A stretch of 64,000 nt of DNA. Origin: Candidatus Latescibacterota bacterium. GTDB lineage: Bacteria > Latescibacterota > UBA2968 > UBA8231. Of the stretch, positions 56,776-64,000 are shown piece after piece. Location of the stretch: assembly GCA_965197905.1 (NCBI GenBank), contig CBDAOB010000005.1, positions 1,472,001 to 1,536,000 of the forward strand. The letters run 5' to 3'. The position numbers and the translations under genes were made by a program. The first letter of the stretch is position 1. Every line of letters begins with the position of its first letter. A model generated the notes under the pieces. That model was not told the origin of the DNA, ran no database searches, and saw only the letters and a list, made by a program, of their open reading frames with translations.

Positions 56776-56798
56776 GATATGATGGTGCATGCCGATAT
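56772..56798 (+). promoter_or_regulatory. Second sigma28-like promoter
   Basis: TTAAGATA-N11-GCCGATAT, same architecture as 52094-52120. Confidence 0.45.
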
Positions 56799-56824
56799 CA
56801 TACTACAGAGGGAAATACAAGTAG

Positions 56825-56995
56825 ATGATCGGGGAAAAAGGTCTAAACGCTCACGAGCGACAGGCATTCGTGCGCGACGGGCATCTCGTGCATCCAGGGC
56901 CCGTATCTGGGGAAATACTGGCCGACTTGCTGGAGCTCGCCGAGGAGTGCCAGCGGTATAACGATCCGTTCTACTCCGAACGGACCTCCGATTAA
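56825..56995 (+). pseudogene. 56-aa ORF resembling a truncated PhyH-family N-terminus
   Basis: Below the ORF-track cutoff. MIGEKGLNAHERQAFVRDGHLVHPGPVSGEILADLLELAEE...*; GAGGG upstream of the ATG. Confidence 0.45.
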
Positions 56996-57216
56996 GAATT
57001 CTCGTATTGCGGTAACCGGTTGCCGGTCGACTGTCGCTCGGCACGCAGGTGTGGTTCCTTGACCTCGCCAACGCCGCAACTTATGTTCTCATAACACTCC
57101 GTCAAACAAAGAACTTAGCCAACGTCCGATGGGCGTTTTCGAGCGCCTGCCACATCTGGGAACGGAGGATACTCAGCGGCCATCGCGTTGGGGATTCGGA
57201 ACGCGGATCCAATTAG

Positions 57217-59172
57217 ATGAAGATCGAGAAAAAGACCCAACTTTCCATAGCGTACGCGGTTCTCACCCTCCTCTTACTGCTGAGTCTGCAATCCCTCTAT
57301 GAGAATCGGGACGAAAACGTACCCTACAGCACCTTCCGACAATGGGTGCAGGAAGGAATGGTGCGTGAGGCGATCGTTGGCACGGAGGTCATTCGCGGAA
57401 CCGTAATGGACCGCGGCGAGGAGCGGGGGTTCACCACCAACCCGGTGGAAGATCCGGGTTTGGTCGAGCTCCTCCAGGAAAATCAGGTAAAATTCTCCGG
57501 ACAGCTGGAAAACACCTGGTTCACGACGTTGATGTCCTGGATTCTTCCCGCCGTGATCTTCGTCGGAATTTGGATGTTTATGGCGCGCCGGATGGGAGGT
57601 GGTTCCGGTGGTCTGATGTCCATCGGTAAAAGCAAAGCCAAAGTCTACATGGAAAAGGGGACGGGTATCACCTTTGAGGACGTTGCAGGGATAGACGAGG
57701 CGAAAGAGGAACTAATGGAGGTGGTGGAGTTTCTTCAGACTCCAGCTCGCTTTCAGGCGCTGGGCGGCAAGATTCCTCGCGGGGTTATGCTGGTAGGTCC
57801 TCCCGGTACCGGAAAAACACTGCTCGCCAAAGCGGTGGCCGGCGAGGCAGAGGTGCCCTTCTTTTCGCTTAGCGGCTCTGATTTTGTGGAGATGTTCGTC
57901 GGCGTCGGTGCCGCGCGCGTGCGCGATCTTTTCGAACAGGCAAAAAAACACGCCCCGGCGATCATCTTCATCGACGAGATGGATGCGCTTGGAAAAGCGC
58001 GAGGTGTTGGAGCTTTCGGAGGGCACGACGAACGCGAGCAGACCTTGAACCAGCTGCTCTCCGAACTCGACGGATTCGATACCAACGACGGTATCATCTT
58101 GATGGCCGCTACCAACCGGCCGGAAATTCTCGATCCCGCCCTTTTGCGCCCCGGACGCTTCGATCGCACGGTGACCGTCGACCGCCCCGATGTCAAAGGA
58201 CGCGAGGCCATACTCAAGATCCATGCTAGCGACGCGAAGCTGGCGGAAGAGGTTGACTTGCATCGCCTGGCGGTCCGCACACCCGGTTTTGCCGGCGCCG
58301 ATCTGGCCAATGTGATCAATGAAGCCGCTTTGCTGGCCGCCCGGCGAGACAAGACGGCCATAACAATGGATGAGCTGGACGAAGCGGTCGAACGCTCAGT
58401 CGCCGGCTTGGAACGCAAGAGTCGGGTGCTCAGCGAGAAGGAACGCCGCATCGTGGCGTACCACGAGGCCGGACATGGGGTCGTCGGCGAGGTTCTACCA
58501 CACGCGAATCCGGTGCAGAAGATTTCGATTGTTTCTCGAGGAGTGGCCGCCCTAGGGTATACGCTCAATATGCCCACCGAAGACCGCTACCTGATGACTC
58601 GAAACGAAATGCTCGACACCTTGTGCGCCGTGCTGGGGGGGAGAGCGGCCGAGGAGATTGTTTTCGCGGAAATTTCGACCGGCGCCGCGAACGACCTCCA
58701 ACAGGCGACGCAGATGGTTGAATCCATGGTCAAGGAATACGGCATGAGCGATAGCCTTGGCCTGGTCGCTCACCGGCAAGATCGGAGCCACCAGTACATG
58801 GGCATGCCCGCGCCGGATCGCAGCTACAGTGAGGAAACCTCGAAACGCATTGACAGTGAAGTCAGCAGGGTCATCACCGAAGCGTACGATCGAGCCAAGA
58901 GCATTCTGGTGGAACGTCGCGAGCAGCTAGAGCAGGTCGTTAGTGTGCTGTTCGAGAAGGAGGTGATGGACGGCGAGGAATTGCGGCTATTGCTGCGGCT
59001 CGCCGCGGATGGTGGCAACGGCTCAGACGCGGACATCAAGGTGGCGGCTGACAAGGGGGCGGTGAGCAAAGATTCTAGCGAACGGCCGCCGGAAGTGCCT
59101 TCCGCCTCTACTTCCGTTGCGGACATGAAAACACCCGCCGACGAAACAGGTCCGGAGGAATCGGCTTCGTGA
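57217..59172 (+). CDS. ftsH: ATP-dependent zinc metalloprotease FtsH
   Basis: Two TM helices, [45 protein letters not shown]. Confidence 0.97.
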   Translation: MKIEKKTQLSIAYAVLTLLLLLSLQSLYENRDENVPYSTFRQWVQEGMVREAIVGTEVIRGTVMDRGEERGFTTNPVEDPGLVELLQENQVKFSGQLENTWFTTLMSWILPAVIFVGIWMFMARRMGGGSGGLMSIGKSKAKVYMEKGTGITFEDVAGIDEAKEELMEVVEFLQTPARFQALGGKIPRGVMLVGPPGTGKTLLAKAVAGEAEVPFFSLSGSDFVEMFVGVGAARVRDLFEQAKKHAPAIIFIDEMDALGKARGVGAFGGHDEREQTLNQLLSELDGFDTNDGIILMAATNRPEILDPALLRPGRFDRTVTVDRPDVKGREAILKIHASDAKLAEEVDLHRLAVRTPGFAGADLANVINEAALLAARRDKTAITMDELDEAVERSVAGLERKSRVLSEKERRIVAYHEAGHGVVGEVLPHANPVQKISIVSRGVAALGYTLNMPTEDRYLMTRNEMLDTLCAVLGGRAAEEIVFAEISTGAANDLQQATQMVESMVKEYGMSDSLGLVAHRQDRSHQYMGMPAPDRSYSEETSKRIDSEVSRVITEAYDRAKSILVERREQLEQVVSVLFEKEVMDGEELRLLLRLAADGGNGSDADIKVAADKGAVSKDSSERPPEVPSASTSVADMKTPADETGPEESAS

Positions 59173-59177
59173 GGTTT

Positions 59178-59636
59178 TCAATCTACCTCTGCCAACACCT
59201 CGAGCTCGACCGCTGAGCCCAACGGCAGTTCCGCAACCCCCAGTGCTATTCGCGCGTGCCGCCCACGCTCCTCGAAGACCTCCGCCAAAAACTCCGAAGC
59301 ACCGTTCACAACCTTCGGTTGATCGGTAAATCCGCTTGCGGAGCACACGAACCCTGCTAGGCGTACCATTTGAGAGACCCGGTCCAACGAGCCGACTTGG
59401 GCATTGATGATGCTCAGCGCATTTAAAGCGCAGATTCTGGCAGCCTCGTACCCCTGCTCAAGATTCAAGTCGGAGCCGACCTTTCCGACGTATTTAAGCG
59501 CGCCATCCACAAACGGCAATTGCCCGGCCACGTAGAGCAGATTGCCCGTTCGCACGGCAGGGACGTAAGCTCCAGCTGGTTTGGGTGGCGGCGGCAACGT
59601 CAAACCCATCTTTTCCAATCTGTCATGCGGCGTCAT
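59178..59636 (-). CDS. RidA/YjgF family protein
   Basis: PAGAYVP, YVAGQLP, QPKVVNGASE, GRHARIALGV.ELP. Confidence 0.92.
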   Translation of the reverse strand: MTPHDRLEKMGLTLPPPPKPAGAYVPAVRTGNLLYVAGQLPFVDGALKYVGKVGSDLNLEQGYEAARICALNALSIINAQVGSLDRVSQMVRLAGFVCSASGFTDQPKVVNGASEFLAEVFEERGRHARIALGVAELPLGSAVELEVLAEVD

Positions 59637-59758
59637 ACTCCATCCTCCGATTCTGAGTAGGTTTCAGGGCGGTGAGGTTGAAGAATATATTCCCCGTGTG
59701 GCGTGATACAAGTATATGAAGCGAGAATGAATCCACCGGGACGGTCCTGCTGAATCGA

Positions 59759-60997
59759 TTGGATAAAGCGGTTGCGAGGTGGGAGGTCCTGCGCCCGCTC
59801 GGCAACCGGGACTTTCTGCGACTGTGGTCCGCGAACGGGCTCTGGTGGCAGACGATGTGGATAGAGATTCTCGTGTTCGGGTGGTTGGCGCTTAGCATGA
59901 CCGACTCAGCATGGTGGGTTTCGCTTATCGGTTTTTTCCGCTTCGGCCCCCTACTTCCCCTCGGTGTGTTCGGCACTGCGATTACCGACCGCTTCAGCCG
60001 CCGGCGCCTGGTTGTCTGGCTACAGCTGTCGAATGCAATCGGTATCGGCAGCCTTTCCGTGCTGCTTGCTGTAGGACTCCTGGAGTACTGGCACCTTGCG
60101 GTGGTGGCCGCTTTGAACGGCTCCGGATGGGCATTGGATTGGCCTACGCGCCGCGCCTTGATTCCCGATCTCGTCGGTCGGGAACGGGTCGTCGACGCCA
60201 TGCTCTTAGAGAATTTTGTTCAGAGCTTGAGCCGGATGTCCGGTCCGTTGGGGGGCGGTTCGTTGCTCGCCGTGATCGGCACCCAGGCGACCTTGATGCT
60301 GTTGGCCGTAGCAGGTCTCGTTGCAGCGATTATTCTCTGCACTTTGAAGACCGAATCGCGGGCTCCCAGCGCGGCCACCGGCGTTGCGGATGCGCTCGTC
60401 CGAATGCGGGAGGGGATGCGCTATGTATTCCGTACACAGAACGTGCTTGCTGTCGTTTTGGTGACGGCAACTCTCAATCTCTGGGCTTTCCCTTTCAATT
60501 TTCTCCTGCCGGTGTTCGCCCGCGATGTCCTTGGGCAGGGACCGGTAGGCTTCGGCATGTTGGGAACGTGTCACGGGATGGGAGCCATGCTCGGTCTACT
60601 GATGGTGAACCGCGTTCGCAGGTTTCTCAGCCTGAATTGGCTTTTCGCCCTCGGTTCGCTGCTTGTAACTTGCGGCATCGGGCTTTTTTCTCTGTCGGCA
60701 ACCATGGTGCTTTCAATGGCGGCCATGTTTGGCGCAGGTTTTGGGCAGGTGTTTTTTAGCACCATGCAAAGTGCCCTGATATTGCGAACGGTATCGGACG
60801 AGATGCGGGGACGGGTGATGAGCACGCTGGTCCTGGCGATCGGTGGGGGACCCCTGGGTTCTCTTCAAGCGGGGTTGCTAGCCGGTCTCTTCGAAGCTCC
60901 ACTTGCGGTTACGATCATGTCGGCCTTGGCAACGGCGGCAGTTGTCACCATCGCTAGGTTCGTGCCCGGATTCGTACGGAAACCGCGTGACGGGTAA
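59759..60997 (+). CDS. MFS transporter
   Basis: About 12 TM segments; TDRFSRRR (motif A), WPTRRALIPDLV, EMRGRVMS. Confidence 0.9.
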   Translation: MDKAVARWEVLRPLGNRDFLRLWSANGLWWQTMWIEILVFGWLALSMTDSAWWVSLIGFFRFGPLLPLGVFGTAITDRFSRRRLVVWLQLSNAIGIGSLSVLLAVGLLEYWHLAVVAALNGSGWALDWPTRRALIPDLVGRERVVDAMLLENFVQSLSRMSGPLGGGSLLAVIGTQATLMLLAVAGLVAAIILCTLKTESRAPSAATGVADALVRMREGMRYVFRTQNVLAVVLVTATLNLWAFPFNFLLPVFARDVLGQGPVGFGMLGTCHGMGAMLGLLMVNRVRRFLSLNWLFALGSLLVTCGIGLFSLSATMVLSMAAMFGAGFGQVFFSTMQSALILRTVSDEMRGRVMSTLVLAIGGGPLGSLQAGLLAGLFEAPLAVTIMSALATAAVVTIARFVPGFVRKPRDG

Positions 60998-61094
60998 AGC
61001 GGCCAACGGCGACCGGCCTTCACGGCGGGTGATTATTTGACCTGGTGTTTTCGCCCGCGTACAATCGGGCGCTGTATCGGGAAGGACGGATGGA

Positions 61095-61859
61095 ATGTCT
61101 GACACAGTTCTGGCCGCACAGCTTTACACCGTTCGGGATTTTCTGAAAACACCGCAAGAGATTCAGAGCTCCCTGGAAAGAGTGCGCGGTATCGGGTACG
61201 AAGCGGTACAGCTGTCGGCGCTTGGGCCGATCGAGCCACGCGCCTTGAGAGAGGTCGCCGATGACTTGGGGTTACGCATCGTCGCCACACACGTCGACTA
61301 CGAGAGAATTTGCTCCGATGTTCAGTCGGTGATCGACGAGCACGAAATCTGGTCGTGCAAGAACGTGGCTATCGGTTCTATGCCACAATCCTACCGCGAC
61401 AGCGATGGATTCGCGCGTTTCGCACGCGACGCATCGGCAGCGGCCGCCCCCCTGATTGAAGCGGGACTGACCTTCAGCTACCACAATCACAGCTTCGAGT
61501 TCGAGAGAATCGACCACCGCACCGGCATGGAGATCCTGTTCGAAGAGAGTGATCCCGGCAAATTTTTCGCCGAGTTGGACACCTACTGGGTTCAGCATGG
61601 CGGCGCCAACCCCGTTACCTGGATTCGCAAGTTGGCTGACCGGATAAGCGTCGTGCATCTCAAAGACCTGGCGATGCAAGGCTTTGAACAGAAATTCGCC
61701 GAGGTGGGCGAAGGGAATCTGGAGTGGGAACCGATTCTTGCGGCCTGTAGAGATGCCAGTGTCGAGTGGTATATCGTCGAGCAGGACACTTGTCCGGGCG
61801 ATCCTTTTCAGAGCCTGGAAAAGAGCCTTCATAATCTTCGCAACATGGGACTGAATTGA
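61095..61859 (+). CDS. Sugar phosphate isomerase/epimerase (xylose isomerase-like TIM barrel)
   Basis: QLYTVR, YHNH.FEF, ELDTYW, VHLKD, EVGEG, IVEQD. Confidence 0.92.
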   Translation: MSDTVLAAQLYTVRDFLKTPQEIQSSLERVRGIGYEAVQLSALGPIEPRALREVADDLGLRIVATHVDYERICSDVQSVIDEHEIWSCKNVAIGSMPQSYRDSDGFARFARDASAAAAPLIEAGLTFSYHNHSFEFERIDHRTGMEILFEESDPGKFFAELDTYWVQHGGANPVTWIRKLADRISVVHLKDLAMQGFEQKFAEVGEGNLEWEPILAACRDASVEWYIVEQDTCPGDPFQSLEKSLHNLRNMGLN

Positions 61860-61860
61860 A

Positions 61861-62637
61861 ATGGGACATCTGGGGTCTTTTGAGCTGAACGACAAAGTTG
61901 TAGTTGTAACCGGTGCCGGAAGAGGGATCGGGCGTCAAATTGCCATGGATGCGGCCGCCTCCGGGGCCAAGCTTGCCGTCGGAAGCCGCACCATGAGTGA
62001 ATTAGAAAGTCTGGCAGCGGAGATCGAGACTTGCGGTTCCGAATGTTTTTGCCACCATTTGGATGTGGTGGACGTGGCGTCTATCGAAGAGTTCGTCGAT
62101 CAGGTAGTCTCCCACTACGGTCGCATCGACGTGCTCATAAACAACGCCGGTTACAACAAGCTGTCGGCGGCATTGGACTACGACGAGGCGCTGTTCGATC
62201 AAATCGTGGATGCCAATCTCAAAAACGTGTTCTTCTGTTCGCAGAGCGTAGCCAAAAGGATGATTGCCCAGGGGTCAGGCGGGAATATCGTCAACATCTC
62301 GTCGCAAGCGGGGGTAGTCGGAGCGCCGGAGCGAGGCCCTTACAGCGGCGCCAAGGGAGGGGTAAACAATATGACCAAGACGCTGGCGGCGGAATGGGCG
62401 TCGCATGGCATTCGGGTGAATGCCGTGGCACCGACGGTAACCCGGTCGCCGCTGGCAGAGCAGGCGATGAAGGACAGTCAGGCGTTTGCGGACGCGGTGA
62501 AAGAGAAGAATCTCATTCGCCGCGATCTCGCCGAACCTTACGAGATCTCGGCGCCCGTTATCTTCCTGGCCTCCGAAGCAGCGAGCATGATTACGGGCCA
62601 TGTCCTGGTGGTCGACGGAGGCTGGACGATCGTCTAG
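61861..62637 (+). CDS. Short-chain dehydrogenase/reductase
   Basis: TGAGRGIG, NNAG, NISS, YSGAK, IRVNAVAP, VDGG. Confidence 0.95.
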   Translation: MGHLGSFELNDKVVVVTGAGRGIGRQIAMDAAASGAKLAVGSRTMSELESLAAEIETCGSECFCHHLDVVDVASIEEFVDQVVSHYGRIDVLINNAGYNKLSAALDYDEALFDQIVDANLKNVFFCSQSVAKRMIAQGSGGNIVNISSQAGVVGAPERGPYSGAKGGVNNMTKTLAAEWASHGIRVNAVAPTVTRSPLAEQAMKDSQAFADAVKEKNLIRRDLAEPYEISAPVIFLASEAASMITGHVLVVDGGWTIV

Positions 62638-63770
62638 GGTGCGGTGCGGATGAGGCGAGGTTCGCTCTCGACGCGGTACCCCTCAAGAAGCTGGGAAAGT
62701 GATTCATTCGCTTGATGGCCGGCTCCAACGAGTCCGCCGGGATGGACGGCGATGGCGGTCAGAAGATCGACTAGCATAAGGGCATCGCGCTCGTCGATTA
62801 TCTCCCTTTGCAGCTTGTTTCTTCCAAGATTGTGGTAGTTTCCCAAGGGAAGCGCCACTGCTCCCGTGGCGAGCCCCGCCTGCTGCAACGCCGTCGCTTC
62901 GCATGTTCCGCTATCCATCAGTTTCCGCTGAAACCGAAAGTTCGGGTTCTCGGCCCGACATTGCTCCGCCACATGGTTCAGCGCGCCGGAGACGAGGGGG
63001 TCGAACACCTGTTTTTTGTCGCCGATTCGAATCACTGGACCTAGGCCAAGCCGTGCCCCGGAACGGGTGCTGGAGCACTCGATATTCAAATAGATGCGAT
63101 TGCGGCTCAATCCATTGCCGCGTACGGCAGCCAGCATGCCACCGAAACCAATTTCCTCGGCTCGGGTCAACAGCAGTTCGGCCACGACCGGGGTCCCGCT
63201 CTCAAGTAGCTGATCAAGCCAGAACAGACCCACGGCTACGCCTGCCAGGTCGTCGCAGGCTCTCGCGTAGATTCGGTGACCCCGTCGTTGCAGCGGTGGC
63301 AAATCCCAAACGGCAAAAGACCCGGGTCCAACAAGGTGAGTATCTTGTTTCGCGTTAGCCTTTACCCGGAAGCGCGGTTCGGTGCCGGCCACTCTACCCG
63401 TGACTCTTGCCCGTACGCACCTCTCGATGTCGTCGCTATTTACGTTGTATATGCAGACAAGGGCGCCCACAATTCCCCTCGCGGGAAGACGACCCAAGCT
63501 CTCGAACTCGAATTCCCGTTTTGCCCGATTGGAAACCCAGCCCAAGCCTGGGTGGTCTAGGTGGGCGGTCGCCACGAGCGGCGTTGCAGACCGCTTCGAG
63601 GTACCGCGGTATATCAGGCGCAAGTTCCCGAACCGATCGGCTGTGCAGGTGATCTGTTCACGACGAGCAAGGTACTCCCGGATCGCCGCGACGACGAAGT
63701 GTTCGTGATAAGCGGCGGTGGGAAGCGTCAACAGCTCTTTTGCAAAGGTGAAAAACCCGCTTGCTTTCAT
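62634..63770 (-). CDS. M28/M42 family metallopeptidase-like protein
   Basis: DRFGN, AHLDHPG, RACDDLAG, TRAEEIG, IECS, GTCEA, LGNYHN. Start at ATG 63770. Confidence 0.82.
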   Translation of the reverse strand: MKASGFFTFAKELLTLPTAAYHEHFVVAAIREYLARREQITCTADRFGNLRLIYRGTSKRSATPLVATAHLDHPGLGWVSNRAKREFEFESLGRLPARGIVGALVCIYNVNSDDIERCVRARVTGRVAGTEPRFRVKANAKQDTHLVGPGSFAVWDLPPLQRRGHRIYARACDDLAGVAVGLFWLDQLLESGTPVVAELLLTRAEEIGFGGMLAAVRGNGLSRNRIYLNIECSSTRSGARLGLGPVIRIGDKKQVFDPLVSGALNHVAEQCRAENPNFRFQRKLMDSGTCEATALQQAGLATGAVALPLGNYHNLGRNKLQREIIDERDALMLVDLLTAIAVHPGGLVGAGHQANESLSQLLEGYRVESEPRLIRTAP

Positions 63771-64000
63771 ATCCTGCCTTTCGGTTGGCAGATCGGAAGC
63801 TACACTCCACCCCCGGGCGCGCAACCTGCTTCCAACGTTACTTTACGACGCCCATCTGCGGTCGTATATTTTACCCGCAATGAGTACCCTCCTCGGACGC
63901 ATCTACGATCTATTCCGGGCCAACATGTCAGAGGCATCTTCGGTGCGGCTTGGCGCCGAATCTGAGCCCGCCGCCGACACCGGTCACGCCGACCCGCCAT

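Noticed and set aside
63800..64000. 66-aa minus-strand ORF at the right edge
   Set aside because: No recognisable motif, and alternative frames are equally plausible. Cannot be resolved without flanking sequence.
1..64000. CRISPR arrays, tRNA/rRNA genes, IS elements, integrases, prophage genes
   Set aside because: None seen in the intergenic regions or the ORF set. Short or degenerate elements could be missed by eye.

Overview
This is a 64 kb bacterial chromosomal segment, roughly 55-65% GC by eye, densely coding with about 55 genes. I found no rRNA, tRNA, CRISPR array, integrase or transposase. FlgD-Ig/T9SS-type C-terminal domains (PNPFNP...GIYFYRL...RRMLLLK), an Omp85 protein and an Mla system point to a diderm of the FCB superphylum, possibly Latescibacterota-like (inference only). 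In order, it contains: a GC-rich type III PKS cluster cut by the left edge (methyltransferase, frameshifted FAD oxidoreductase, PKS); catabolic genes (GH127-like, aldo/keto reductase, CocE, PhyH, GH32/43-like, TauD, HpcH); an Mla-type operon; a cobalamin riboswitch with btuDFC; a di-heme oxidoreductase/Rieske/porin operon behind a DtxR/MntR-like palindrome; a degenerate UvrA paralog; korAB flanked by two CBS proteins; hemE downstream of three large uncharacterized genes, two of them paralogs; mocA-xdhC-nitrilase; an ECF sigma/anti-sigma/Spy/methyltransferase unit converging on an HDAC and a NUDIX gene; a FlhG/MinD-like ATPase plus a degenerate GT9 behind a sigma28-like promoter; an orphan E2; ftsH; RidA; MFS; a sugar isomerase; an SDR; and an M28/M42 peptidase. 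The best candidates for undescribed biology are the uncharacterized operon upstream of hemE, the imelysin-less DHOR-Rieske-porin operon, CBS-korAB-CBS, and several intact genes with substituted catalytic residues. All family calls come from motif recognition by eye, not from database searches.
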